Shown: positions 26,394 to 39,717 of the stretch, piece after piece | Layout: every line of letters begins with the position of its first letter | How positions within the stretch are numbered: position 1 is the first letter of the stretch | Origin: Felis catus | Taxonomy: Eukaryota | Assembly (NCBI RefSeq): GCF_018350175.1 | Contig: NC_058368.1 | Coordinates: forward strand, 61,382,001-61,446,000 | DNA: 64,000 nt | Direction of reading: 5' to 3' | The notes under the pieces: model-generated | The model's database searches: none | What the model was told of the DNA's origin: nothing | Seen by the model: only the letters and a program-made list of their open reading frames with translations | Program-made: the position numbers and the translations under genes

Positions 26394-26856
26394 TAGCCAG
26401 TTGATTAAGGATGCATATAATGGGTGGCCGATCTATTAAAAAAAATAAAAATAAACCACAAAAGTATAATTATCACTAATGTCAGGATAGTGGTAAACTT
26501 GGAAAGACAAAAGTATGTCTTAATATAAAAGGTTACACAGGGAATTTCTGAAGAGGTACTATTTTTGAAAGGGCAGACATCCTTTACACCCTCTTAAGTG
26601 TGATCAAGGTATCACTTAAAAGTAAGATTTAAAGGTTAAAAAATATGGGGAAATTTTATTGTCAAATAGATAGAAGAAAATGGACATTTATCTTGTACTG
26701 CTCCAAATGACGTATATTATCATTGGATGAAATTTAGAAGGAATCAGTTTTCTTTGTTAGAAGTGAGGATCTTGTAACCATCAGAGGTCTTTTTTTTTTA
26801 GCTGGGAGCATTTTATAGCAACTTCAAGATATTACTTTTCTTACAAAAAAAAACGT

Positions 26857-27025
26857 GGGAGGCATCTGAGTGGCTCATTTGGTTAAGTGTCTGACGTCGG
26901 CTCATTCATGATCTCATGGTTCATGGGTTCAAGCTCCACATTGGGCTCTGCACTGACAGTGCTGAGCCTGTTTGGGATTCTCTCTCTCCATCTCTCTCTC
27001 TCTGCCCCTCCCCCACTTGTGCGCA

Positions 27026-27058
<33 letters not shown>

Positions 27059-27090
27059 AAAAACAAATAAATAAACCTAAAGAAAATTAA
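26857..27090 (+). mobile_element. Can-SINE
   Basis: Head, CT tract and 'aaacaaataaataaacc' tail. Confidence 0.95.
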
Positions 27091-27104
27091 ATTTGCCAAC
27101 TAAT

Positions 27105-27235
27105 CACATATCCCATGACTTCTGGCCTGGACTACTGCAGAAGCCTTCAAATGGTCTCTCAGCCACTACTCTTGTACTTCTGATGGTTCTTTCACATCTG
27201 TTTGGTGTATCTTTGAAACAATATATCAGGTTCTA
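27105..27235 (+). mobile_element. L2 fragment
   Basis: 'gcctggactactgcagaagccttcaaatggtctc' L2 hallmark. Confidence 0.75.
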
Positions 27236-28864
27236 TAGCCACTAATATATTTATTATTACCTGTTGCCAATATATATTACCTGTTGCCAAGAAAATTTTA
27301 AAAATTATTGCTATTGCTTAAAAAGTCCACACATGATTACCTCTACAAAGAAAAAAGGAGAGGAAGAGAGATAATAGACAGGAGAAGAGGGAAGAAGGAG
27401 GGAAAGGAAAAGTAGAATGAGCAGGAAGAGTTAGGCTGAAGAGAGGACTCAGAAGATTTATACCTTTTTGGATTTTTGAAATATTGTGTTATGATAATTA
27501 TAATAATAAACAGGGAAATTGAATACCATTTAAATAACAGCAAAGGTAGTTTGGAAGTCATGGGAATTTGACAGAGCAAACTAAATGGAGTAAAACAGGA
27601 CTGCTCATTAACCATTCTGTGTTTCAGTTTATATACATAAGTATATTTTTTAGATAAACTTAAAATTATGCTTTGTATCTATAAGAAGCCAAACAATGAG
27701 CTTGTTCTTAGTCATACTGTGCTAATGACACGGTCTTTCTCTCATAATGAAGGGTGGTTTCTAGATACAATGGAGCATGTTTGTCAATTACTATCAGAAT
27801 GAACAGCTCAATAACAACTAGTTCAAAATCAGAATTGTTGACACTGGCAGAATCTTTTTTGTATCCAGATGGATAATAGTAAACCGGCCTATCCATTAGA
27901 TTAATTCGTTTCATGATCTGAGGTAACATTTTATGTTTTTTGTTCTTTTTATTTTTATCCTGAAAAACACATCAAAACACAATTTGATTGACAAAACAAG
28001 TAATTTTCAGAAGTCACTCTTTATTTACTGTTTCCATTTGTTTGTTTACTAATGCCTGATTTCCACCACCTTCAAGCCTTTATCATTGCAATGTAATTTC
28101 CACAGATTATGGTGCTAGATTTTTAGGGTTGAATTTGAGCCTGGTGTCAATATTTTAGCAGCAAGCCTGGATATTCTTGGCCTGGCCTGACCTCAGTAGG
28201 CATCTGTAGACAAAATCAGTAGGCACAAGGGAGGTGATCTATACATCTGTATTTTTAACTGACTGTGTATTATTATAATATATTCTGCCTACCTCATCCA
28301 TGTATTTCCATCACCCAAAATTTATTACTTGACTTTTATTCCTATGTCTTAAATGATTTCATTGTATCTGTTTTTATTTTTGGAAATTCACTAAGAACAG
28401 ATATAAAAATAACAATAGGAATGTGGCGATATAAAATATATATATATAAAATGTATAAAAAATACATATAAATATATATAAAATATATATTAACCTGAAA
28501 ATATAGTATCTAACTTGAAAAATGAGACTACTGTTTGAAAATAAACCAGTATAGACACTAAAAGAGTTAAATAGGGTTGCTACATGAAATAGTCTTAGGG
28601 AAACTGATTCAGCATTTTCAGAGCTCTGTGGGTACATTTTTTGAAAAATTGACACACTTTAGTAAATAAACCAACAAAACTCAAAATTACTTGATTGATT
28701 TTTTTCCCAGTGTTTAAGTTATTTGTATGGTAATGTTTACTCCCAGAGTATAAATTTCTTTAAGGTAAGGAGCCAATTCTAAATCATCTCCTTCTCTACT
28801 CTAACATCTAGCATATTAACTTAGAAACTATTTAAACCAGTGTTCTAAGAACTATCATTATTTG

Positions 28865-29030
28865 CAATGATAATGCAAACAAATGAGATTTATCACACTG
28901 TACAATGTGGCAGACCCATATTTTACATGCTTTAATTAATTTAAAATCCTTAGCAACTTTCTAAAGTAGGAGCTATTATCATTTTTTTACTAAGGACAGT
29001 ATGGAACATGCTGAAGTCATATAGTTAACA
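28865..29030 (-). mobile_element. MIR fragment
   Basis: 'aatttaaaatccttagcaac..gtaggagctattatcattttt' resembles the antisense MIR 3' half. Confidence 0.55.
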
Positions 29031-30820
29031 AATCTCAGTAAATTACATGCTTGTTCATTCAAATATAAAGAAAAAAGGAACTCTTTGTAATGTGAATTTC
29101 CAAAAAAGGGAAACATTTTGAAAAATACTGAGTTGACTGAACAAAAAAATGGGAAAGGATGAACTGTCATTAATCCCTTCATTAAACTAGGTCCATGGGA
29201 CCTTGGCCAAAGTCAGCATAATGAGGTAGTAATAAACAACAACAGAGAGTTATTCTGATCTTTTTCCTGGTTGTACTTTGTTCTGGAAGTTTGATATTAT
29301 CCTTCCTTAGAGAAGCCTGTTTATAATTGGATTTTTTTTTCAAACCAATGCAAGTAATTTTTTTGTTGTTGTCTTGTGTGATGAACTATAATTTTCCTTA
29401 TCTTAAATGAAAAGATGCTTCATCAAGGAATATTGATTTGTTTAGTATATAAAGGAACATAGAAAATGATGAGATTTCCAAAGAAAGATAGCAGTATTAG
29501 AAATGAGATGATCAAAATAATACTCTGCCAGGAATTCTTTACTGTCTTAAAAAGATAATTAAGATGCAGTTTTGAATAATATCAATTTTGAAAAAAAATA
29601 AGATCTTTTTGACATTCTCTCATTGGTAGGTTATCAAAAAAAAGTTTATGTAATTGCTGAATGTGCATATTAAATACTTGAATTTCCTGTTTGGCAATGG
29701 CAGACTTAGTCCAAATCAGATATATTTTTTTCCCTCCAAATGAATATCAACTTTTGAGTCATGTCTTTGTTCTTATGTAACTGAAGAAAAATATATTATT
29801 TATTCTTAGTTATTTATCAGTGATGCATTTTTATTCAGCTTATCTCAAACAACAATTTAATTAAAGTTACCCCAATCACTCTTATCCAGGATATATCATA
29901 GTGAGCTGGAAAGCACATAATACCAATTATATTTCAGTCAATATTTACAGAGATGCTAAACTTTATTTGTTGGTAATCATTTGGCAAGTTATTTACCATA
30001 TTTGAGTCTTGTTTTCTTCTTCACATATACAAGTGAGGGATGAGATTTTAAGCATTGACTAAAATGTCTAATTTTAGTCTGCTAAATTATTGGGAATAGT
30101 TATTTTTCTGAAAATTTAATTATCACTCACACATACCAACCACATCCTCCTACAGATATAGATCATGGTTGTATAATCCATTGAGAGTTGATATCTCTGA
30201 TATTATTGACAGAGGGCTTAATATGGCTTTGTGGCTTCATTATGTTCTCAATTAGCATCTGCCATGTCATGACACTGTTTGATTTTATGATAAAGATCTA
30301 TTTATCAATTATTTCACCAGAACAGGTTGATTGTAGGGTTCAGTTTTCTTCTAATATCAGATAACCATTCAATTAACCAATATTTGTCTTTATCCATTTA
30401 GTTAAATATTGACCTTGATTGAATATTTTCCAAGTTAAAATTATTATTATATATGGGCCCTTATCCTTGAGGTAAAACCTTTTTAGGTCTACAATTCCAA
30501 TGCACATTAACATTTAGCAATGAATTTTTAGAACTCTATCAAATGAAAAGGGTTTGAGCCTTCTACATATACTGGTACCAAACTTAGATGCACAAACTTG
30601 TAATTTTATCCTTAGTATTCAGTTGTTTATGTATATCCATATATACAGACATTACTAAGTGTAATTTGATGGCTGACATGCTTTTTCACTAGTTTTCTAA
30701 TGTGCTGGTTATTTGAAGTTTCATGCAGTTTTGAATCATTTCTGTAGGTCTTCACCTCCTTTTAATAGTTTGTGTGAATTTAAATTTTAGAACTATGAAA
30801 CAAGAAACATGTTGCATAAA

Positions 30821-30985
30821 ACCTCAGTCGGTTGAGCATACAACTCTTGAGTTTGGCTCAAGTCATGATCCCAGGGTTGTGGGATGGAGCCCCATGTAAA
30901 TCTCCACACTGAGCTTAGAGCCTGCTTAAGATTCTCTCTCTGCCCCTCTTCCCTACTCCTCACATACTCTTTCTCTTAAAGAAAT
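30821..30985 (+). mobile_element. Can-SINE, 5'-truncated older subfamily
   Basis: 'ctcagtcggttgagcat..gtcatgatcccagggttgtggga..cctgcttaagattctctc'. Confidence 0.88.
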
Positions 30986-31074
30986 TAGCAAAGTTAAAAA
31001 TTAGATATCAACTGTCATCTTGCTTTCCAGTATACCATCCAAATCTAAGGAAAACAAGTAAATGTAGATTGTTA

Positions 31075-31550
31075 TTCTTGATCTCCCTGCCTCTACCACT
31101 GTCTCATTCAGTCTCTTTCAACACAGCATCCTGAATGTTCTTATATTAAGGCTTTAATCCAGATCATATTACTTTTTTGTATTAAATCCTGCCATCGCCA
31201 CCTATCTCATTTCTTCTCAGAAAGGTCTACACTATGTTGCACAGTTGGCTTCCCACACCTCCTTGAATCCACCTACTATTTTGTTCCAGCCACACTTTGT
31301 TCCTTATGATTTTCCCTTAAAAATGTCTAGCAAACTTCATACTCAGGGCATCTGCACTTTTTCTTCCCTTTGTCTGGAATACTCTTCCCTTCAATTTCTT
31401 CATGGTTAACCTCTTCATATAGGGGACAGTGTCAGCTTCTCAGTGATCACTTCCTGCACTCTAAATAAGATCCTAGTGGCACTCCAATACTTCTCAGCCT
31501 CTTTCCTACCTTATTTTTCATCACAGAAATTACTATCTTCTAATATAACA
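31075..31550 (+). mobile_element. L2a fragment
   Basis: 'tctccctgcctctacc..cagtctctttcaacacagca', 'ctcagggcatctgcac..tctggaatactcttccc'. Confidence 0.8.
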
Positions 31551-33107
31551 GACCTCAGGATACAAGTCTTTAGAGGATACAAGTCTTTTTTTTAACCTTG
31601 ATTTCTAATAACTCTGTCTTATTTTAGGATCTGGTAGACATAAAGCAAAATCAAACTATTTTTACTTATCACCATTTATGGGAAACCAAGATATATGAAA
31701 ATATATTTGCATTTTTGTTATAGATTTGTATAGTACAGTCTTTCGTATGGGACAAATAATTTTTTCTTGAACCTCCATTCATTTATCCTTTCATTGAGTT
31801 CATGAGCACCAATTTCACAATGCCTGAGTATCCCTTCTAAAGCTATTCAGTTGGAGAAAACTAGTGCTCAGTTAAACAAAGCAATATGTCAAATTTTTTG
31901 AATGTCACCTGGGCAAACTTGCTTACTATTTTGAAAAGAGACATAATGCTTGAATTAAAAAAATCCATCTTTAGGACCCATTTTTATTAAGAATTTTGCT
32001 ACTTATCTCAAGGTATTTAGTAGAACATTTAAGTCAGTTAAAAGACATGTCTGAAGGCATCTGTATATTTTTCTTAAAAGTAAGAAAAACCATACTCATT
32101 TTTCACATCAGTAATTATTCAACTCAGTATTTAGATTCTGATTGTGGAAGAAAATGGCAGAATATTATGGGAAAGCATCGATATTTTCATATGAAAAACT
32201 TGGCTTCAAAGCATTCTTTCAACACATCAGGGGGACTTTCAAATTTAATTAAAGGGCTGATTATCCCCTTGGGTATTCTGAATGGTTCTTAACAATGGAG
32301 GGAGAAAATACACTCTTTGCTTTCAGTGGGCCCTCTAACAAAAAATTAATACAGCTGTGGTTTTCATTGTTATATTGCTGTGTTAATCATGATTAAGTTA
32401 CATACCTATGTATTCTAAAAGCCTTTCCTAAATTTTTCAACAACCTACACTAAATTACTGAATAGATATTGAAAATCAGTCTGTAAACTTTGTCAACCAA
32501 AGAAATCTCCTGAATAAAACTACATATTTTTTAAAATAACAAATTATAATAATCATGTTATTTAAAAATAATAGATATTATAGTTATGAGACAATATGTA
32601 TTTATATATACATATATATAATTTGTATTTTATTTCTGTATCCAATATATACATATACATGTAAATAATTAAGTACTTTTGCATTACAGACAAATCCTAA
32701 GCTTCAAAGCTGAGACAATTTAAGAAATTTATTGTTATGCAATTGTAATGCTAATGAATCCCAATCAGTTCTTACATGAAAACAAAACTCAGTATTTTTT
32801 TCCATTTACTTTACAATGGAGAGCATTATACTGCTATCATTAAACCATAATTATAAGTTATAATTGAAGTAATTAAATGAAGTCACTACTTTATTTAATT
32901 TTTCACTACTTTATTTAAAGTTATTTCTTTTTGTAACAGAATTGTTATCTCAATTAATTTTAATTTGTCATTAAGTGAAAAATTAAAGAACTGAATTCAA
33001 TATAGTATTTGGTCTGATGAAGCGTACTTTTTTGAGCAAGTATCACATGAGTAAGTTTTGAACTTGACGAATTACTTTCCTTCCACTATAATGTTGATTT
33101 GTATTTT

Positions 33108-33329
33108 ATTTTTTTATTTTGTTTTTTTAATGTTCATTTATTTTTGAGAGAGAGAGAGACAGAGTGAGTGGGGGAGGGGCAGAGAGAGAGGGAGACACAG
33201 AATCTGAAGCAGGCTCCAGGCTCTGAGCTGTCAGCACAGAGCCTGATGCAGGGCTTGAATTCATGAACCATGAGATCACGACCTGAGCTGAAATCAGAGG
33301 CTTAACCAACTGAGCCACCCAGGTGCCAC
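33108..33329 (-). mobile_element. Can-SINE
   Basis: 14-bp TSD ttgatttgtatttt at 33094 and 33330. Confidence 0.96.
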
Positions 33330-33587
33330 TTGATTTGTATTTTAAAAATAAAGACTGGCGTATGTTATTGATAACAGTAAATCGGGGTTATCCAAATATT
33401 TTGAAATCCTTAAAAAAGAAAAAATAAATAAATGCCATCCTAGATTCACGTAGTCATTTTTCCCCCGTATGTGTATGTGTGTATATACAGGGATGATTGT
33501 GACACCTGGCATTCTGCTGTTGACAAAAATGAAGGTAGAGTCTGTGATTTCAAGGACCCATACTAAGTGGCAGAAGAATATTTTCCA

Positions 33588-33808
33588 GGGACGCCTGGGT
33601 GGCTCAGTCGGTTAAGCGTCCACCTTTGGCTCAGGTCATGATCTCACCATTGGTGGGTTTGAGCCCTGCATCAGGCTCTGTGCTGATGGCTTAGAGCCTG
33701 GAGCCTGCTTTGGATTCTGTGTCTCCCTCTCTCTCTGCCCCTCCCCTGGTCATGCTGTGTCTCTCTGTCTCTCAAAAATTAATAAACACTGAAAAAAATT
33801 AAAAAAAA
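33588..33808 (+). mobile_element. Can-SINE
   Basis: 'gggacgcctgggtggctcagtcggttaagcg' head; TSD ending attttcca. Confidence 0.96.
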
Positions 33809-34896
33809 TTTTCCATTATACACTGGGTGGTTATAGGTAAGGTGCTATGGTAAAATAGAGAATGAAGGAACACAGAAACCAGGCTACACTGAAAATATAA
33901 GATAAATAAATGGGAGAAAACTGGAGAAGCATAGGCTATGTAAAGAGGAGGAGATAAATTATCCACTTATAAGCTATGTTATCTCTAGAAGATTGAGAAG
34001 AGTTATGTCCAGAGCTAAGTAAAGCTAAAATCCTAAACTATCCCTACAGTCATAAAAAAATTTATAAAATGCTAAAGTCAACTGGGTAATAGTGGCAAAT
34101 ACATTTGCACTTTAGGAAATTGATGAAAAATTGAGAGTAGTTTTATTGGGAAAGAAATGGGAATTAGTGATACTAGCTTAATTGAGGATATCTTTTTTTT
34201 TTTTTCCAAACCATGTACCCAATCTTATAAGATTGCATAACCTCTTTACCCGACATCCCTTCCACTGCACCAGCATGTCAATTCTCAAAAGTAAAATGCA
34301 GAAAGGATAAATTAATATAATGTGCCTGCTCTTAAACCTACTCAATCAGTCTAAAGTGTAATGTTCATTTAGATAGGATTTACAGTGGCCCAGTGCTGGG
34401 ATCTAACAATCCATCATTAGTGTCAACAAAGATGACCTGTATGCCATGTAGCACCCACTCTAAGGATTATTCTGTATTTCTGCCTTCTTTCCATATTAGA
34501 TCTCACCAGTTTGTTTCCTTATCTTGCAGGGAGCTTAGTATGTATGAATGCAACTATTCATATATTTTTTAAGAAAACAACTGTAATATACCTAAAATAG
34601 TCCAGGCTATATGGGGTAGATGTAAAGATGCAAGTATTTGCTGTGCACTGGCAGATTCTAGGAATACTACTGATGTACAGATCGCACCCCGGTGTCCCAG
34701 CTCCACTCAAATAAACATCATAAAAGGTTAATTATTTGGATATAACACTAAGAACTACATTTGAAATTCATACTATATTATCCTTTCAAAAGCATGCTTA
34801 CACAAACTTGTTATTTTAATTTGAATCAAATTACAAGGACAAAACTTCTTTTCCTTGGCAGCTGGATTTTGTGTATCCTCAGTCTGCCCTTTCTTC

Positions 34897-35236
34897 TGAA
34901 AGGGCGGGCCTATGCCAGCCGACTCCATCTTGTTCTGTGTCCTTCACCTTGACCACGCCTCCTCCCCTTAAGTAACCTCCAGCTCACCTGCCTAACAGGA
35001 CTCAGACCCTTCCCCAGCCAATTGGCTGAGGCCACAGCCATTACCTCACCAACTGCCCCTAGGCCCCAATAAAACCTTTGTCCCTTTGAAACTAGCTCTC
35101 TCTCCCCGGTATCTCACCTCTGCGTCGGTGCAGGTAGGGGATTGAGCTTGAGCTAGCTCGAATAAAGGCTCTTTTGCTTTTACATCGGACTCGGCTCCCT
35201 GGCGGTATTTGGGGATCACAAATTCTGGGCATAACT
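34897..35236 (+). mobile_element. ERV1 (gammaretrovirus-like) solo LTR, 340 bp
   Basis: GC-rich island starting TGAAAGGG and ending 'ttctgggcataact'; 4-bp TSD cttc at 34893-34896 and 35237-35240; CCAAT box, TATA-like 'caataaaa' and polyA signal aataaa at 35161, in U3-R-U5 order. Confidence 0.88.
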
Positions 35237-35579
35237 CTTCCTTGCTGGTCCAAAAGAATTCTGAAAAACTCTCACAAAAAAGTATGGGAATTTTATTGTA
35301 AGTTAACTTCTGGTTGATTATATATCACTTTTATTATAATTATGCAGAAAGTTAATGTCTGCATTAGTATGTACAATTAGTAGTACAATTAGTCAAAATT
35401 GTGTGAATTTGGGAAAAAATAAGTTAGCCAGGTTAAAAAAAAAGAAAAAGTGTAGCTTGTTTGAGTCTAAAATGAGACAATAAAGACACAGAGATTAAAA
35501 ACTAAAATGCACTGTGCACATAATACATTATGAATGTTTAGGTGTGAAGTCATTATAAAAAAAGATAAAAAGGAGATAA

Positions 35580-36465
35580 TTCATTCATTCATTCAATAAA
35601 TATTTATCATGTACTCTGTGCCAGGTACTCATTTAGCACCTGAGGTACATCAATGAAAAAAACGATTCATGTCTATGCAGAGCATGCAAGCAGGAGAAGA
35701 TAAGTGGGAAATATTAAATTCAGGAAATAAATTAGTTATATAGTATGTGAGAAAGTAATTCATTTTACAGAAAAACAATGTGATAGTAGACCAGGTAAAG
35801 ATAGATGATCAGGAGTTGTAATTAGGGAGGAAGTCAGTGGCATGAATTGCTTTATTACATTGTATGATCAGTCATTGTATGAAAAGATGAAATTTGAACA
35901 TATACTTGAAGTAGATGAGGGATTTAGTCAAGCATGTAGGAACAGTTTGATCAGAATCGTACAATGAGAGTATGCTTGTTGTATTCAAGAGGGTTAATAC
36001 AACAGGAGCTGAGGAAGCATAAAGGAAAATAGCAAACAGCACTCAAAAATGTTAGTGACAAATCCTATAGGATTTTATACCCATTGTAAAGACATGGGGT
36101 GGTATTGTACAACAAAACTGGAGGTGATAAGAGGATTGAGAGAGAGGAGTAGTATAATTTGACATATTTTGAAGAAAGCAGTTTTTTAACTAAGGCAGGG
36201 ATGGAGGCAAAAAGTATTACTGGGGACTATTATAGGCAAGTAAGGACAGAGGCTGGACCATGAGGATAGCTGTAGAGACAGTAACAGATTGTTAGAATCT
36301 TCATCTGTTTCCAATGAAGAAACAATGCGATTTGTTTGAATGTGAGAATCGAGAGAAAAACAAATGTCAAGGGTGGGTCTACAGTTTGTGGCTTGAAGAA
36401 AAAGAAAAGAAGAGCCATAAACTAAGAGCAAGCCTGCCTGTGAAGAGCGTTTAGTGGAATCCACG
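35580..36465 (-). mobile_element. L2a 3' portion
   Basis: 'cattcattcattcaataaatatttat..tgtgccaggtact' terminus; 'ccattgtaaagac', 'ggctggaccatgaggatagc'. Confidence 0.85.
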
Positions 36466-37024
36466 ATTCACAGAATAGATTTAAATTCCTTATTTCTGTA
36501 TTTCAAACCTTTAAGCATCTGTCCCAGGCTTCAGTGAGGTTCTCGGGCCTTTCCTCACTTAAAAACAAAGTTATTATGTATTTTAAGTTTGTTAAGAAGG
36601 TAAAAATAACTTGCAATACAGTGAGCATCAAAGATTGTATAATATCTCTCTTCACTTACATATCACAAATTTGAACAATCTTTTTATTTCCGTATTTATA
36701 TTTTTCATATCACTATCAAAGATAACCCTTCAGTCAATACCATTGTTCATAAATATTTATTAAATCCTCTTATTTAAAACTGTTATTATCTACATTTAAG
36801 TACTGTTCCAAAGTCTTTACTATTATAAAGGATTTTGATGTATATTTCTAAATCCTTCTACAGAGAAGTTTGAAAGGGCAATATACCCAACAGCTTTGAA
36901 TATTAAAGTACGTATGTTCAAAGATATTTGTAAGAATTGACATTTTTTCTTTATCAATATAGATGGCAGAATTTATCGTGCTGTTTTGTACTATAGGCTT
37001 TAATATTTTAATTGTATGTATGCA

Positions 37025-37201
37025 TGTATTTATTTATTTATTTAAGAAAGAAGAGGACTTGGTGAGGGAGGGGCAGAGGGAGAGAGAAAGACATAAACAG
37101 ACGCCACACTCAGCACAAAGCCCAATGTGGGGCTCAATCCCACAACCCTGGGATCATAACTTGAGCCAAATGCTCAACCAACTGAGATACCCAGGCACCC
37201 C
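37025..37201 (-). mobile_element. Can-SINE (older subfamily)
   Basis: 'gggctcaatcccacaaccctgggatcat..ccaggcacccc'. Confidence 0.92.
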
Positions 37202-37234
37202 TTTGTTTTTGTATTTTTAAAAACAAATTGTTTT

Positions 37235-37453
37235 GGAGCACCTGGATGGCTGATTCAGTTAAGAGTTGGACTCTTGATCTCAGCTCAGTTCACGATCTCA
37301 CAGTTTGTTGGATTGAGCCCCACATCAGGCTCTGTGCTGACGGTGTGGAGCCTGCTTAGGATTCTATCTCTCTTCTCTCTGCCCCTTCCCTGCTCACGTG
37401 CTCATGCACACACAGTCTCTCTCTCAAAATGAATAAATAAACTTAAAAAAAAA
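37235..37453 (+). mobile_element. Can-SINE
   Basis: Head, CT tract and A tail; TSD caaattgt. Confidence 0.95.
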
Positions 37454-37689
37454 GCAAATTGTATTTATTATTTTAGGAATTGCCTCCCTGATACTTATAT
37501 GATTATATATTTTAGTGCTAATTTTTCTTTTACTAGACACAGCTATTTATATGGTGATGGTATTAAGTTTTGAAGGATAATTTGCATTTCCTTTTCTATA
37601 ATCTGTGGCATTTTTAATTACACATTTTTAACCAAATTCATTTATTCAAATGTATTAGCCTGTCTCTTTGTATTAAACACATTTTCCTT

Positions 37690-38495
37690 ATTATTGGGAG
37701 AAAGGCAAGAATGTCCATCTCCAACATTGTATTAATCATTATCCTGAGCAATAAGAATAAAGGTTAATTCAAGGTAGAATTGGAAAGAAAGACTTAAAAC
37801 TGTCTCAATTTGAAGATTGCATAATTAAGTAGAAAATTCTAAAAATCAACCAACTATGAAAATGAGGAATTTAGCAAAATCTTAGGATGGAACCTCCATA
37901 AACAAAAATAAAATGTATTTCTTTAAAATATTAATTGGAATATTAGAAATTCCATTTTCTAAAGTGTTAAAAACCATAAAATACTCATGGGAAATTTGAA
38001 CCAAATATGTGCAAGTCCTATATATTGAAAATTACAAAACAATCCTAAGTGAAATTAAATAAAATTTAAATGGAGGGATATACTGTGTTCATGGATTAAA
38101 AGATGTAATCATTTATATTATTCTTTTCAAATTAATTCAATATGATATGGATTATAATTGCAGGAGACCTTTTTTTTTTTTAATTAGAAACTGACAACCA
38201 GTTTTACAATTCTAGAGGAAATGCAAAGAACACAGAGTAATCAAAGCTATCTCAGAAACATAATGCATGTGTGAAGGACATGCACTGACTTATTTTGACA
38301 TTTACTTTAATAGTGTAATAGTAAAAGCAATGTGGTAATGGCATAAGGATAAGTGTGGAAGAAATGGAGAACTCAAACAGATCTACATTTGGATGATAAG
38401 TTGATTTGAAACAAAGGCAAAAAAGAAATTCAATGTCAACAACAACAACAAATCTTTTCAAAAAATGGTATCAGAACAATGGGATATTTACTTTT
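37690..38495 (+). mobile_element. Old L1M ORF2 fragment
   Basis: 'aaggcaagaatgtcc', 'aaactgtctcaatttgaagattgcat' (degenerate SLFADDM), 'tgttcatggatt', 'ttttcaaaaaatggt'. Confidence 0.8.
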
Positions 38496-39537
38496 TCTTT
38501 CTTTTTTTTTTATCTCTTATGTATCCCTCTAGCTGCTTTCTGTGTCTTTCTGCTTTTTACAATTTGGCTCTTTTTCCCCACAGTCTGTTAAATTTACTTC
38601 ACTACTTAGTATTTCTATCATTCTTGATAACCACAAGTGACATAAAATCAAAACAAAACAACAAACGTAGTATAATGGGTAACAGCAATGGAATTATTTC
38701 AAAGAATAAGGCTGAGATAAAAGGTCCAGAAAAAAATAGGAACTCTAAACATAATCATGGTTGTAAGTGACAAAAGGGTAGCTTCAAAACACTTGAAGAC
38801 AAAAATACATGTTTTATTGTGCTTGTTTTCGTTGTCATTTCTCTTATTTTGTTTTGCTTTGGGACCTGTTATTTGAAATTGTGAATGCAAAACATAATAG
38901 CAGAGTGTCTCATTATGAGGGGATGGTGGCAACCAGTCCCCACAGAGGCTGCTTAGTGGGGGCTCTGTGAAACACATGGGTGGATAATGAATGCCCTATT
39001 CATATGTACCTTGGTGGATTACTGGTCAAAAGCTCTGAGCCAGCCAGCACAAATATAAACCCAGATGAACAAGAATCTTCCCTATCTTCCGGGAAGTCAT
39101 CCTGTAGATCTATACACAGGAAAGTAACCCAACAATTTACATCTAGTCAGTGAGGGAGTGGTATGATAGATTGAGACTCAGAAGCTAGGGCAGCCCAGAC
39201 AAAGAACAACTAACTCCTGTGAGAAATGGATGTGAATTATAAAGAACATTATATACTATATGCTAAAAGGTCTGAAGTAAAAATAAGTCTTCTAAACCTA
39301 AGTGCCTCTGAATTGATCCTTTAAGAAAAGTGGCCTCTGTCCAAGTGTTGGAATAATTAAGGAGTACTGCTATATTTCAGGCAGTGGACAGGCTAATATA
39401 TGTATATCGTATATTGTTCTTTAACCCTTGCAGCAAATATGTGAATTATGTATTATTTGCTCAGATGCATCCACAGCAGAATTGGAATTTAAATCTAGTT
39501 TTAACTAGCACCAAGGGCTGGTTTCTTTCCATTACAC

Positions 39538-39717
39538 TAGTGACTTTTAGCTGGGTGGTTTTGTCTTCTACGGTACATTTGACAGTGTCTGGAGATATTT
39601 TTGGTTTCACAACTGGCAGAGGGCTGCCACTAAACATTCTACAGTTTATACACCACTCCCCACAACAAAGAATTATCCATCCCAAAATGTCAATAATGCC
39701 AAAGTTGAGAAACTCTG
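39538..39717. mobile_element. MER20 (hAT-Charlie MITE), internally deleted
   Basis: 'catttgacagtgtctggagatatttttggtttcacaactgg' and 'ccccacaacaaagaattatcc..caaaatgtcaataatgccaaagttgagaaactctg'. Confidence 0.9.

Noticed and set aside
33588..33670. tRNA-like A/B-box sequences
   Set aside because: These are tRNA-derived SINE heads followed by a CT tract and A tail, not tRNA genes.
34400..34415. 16-bp ggatctaacaatccat also found at ~61414
   Set aside because: One such match is expected by chance in 64 kb of AT-rich DNA, and the flanks do not align.
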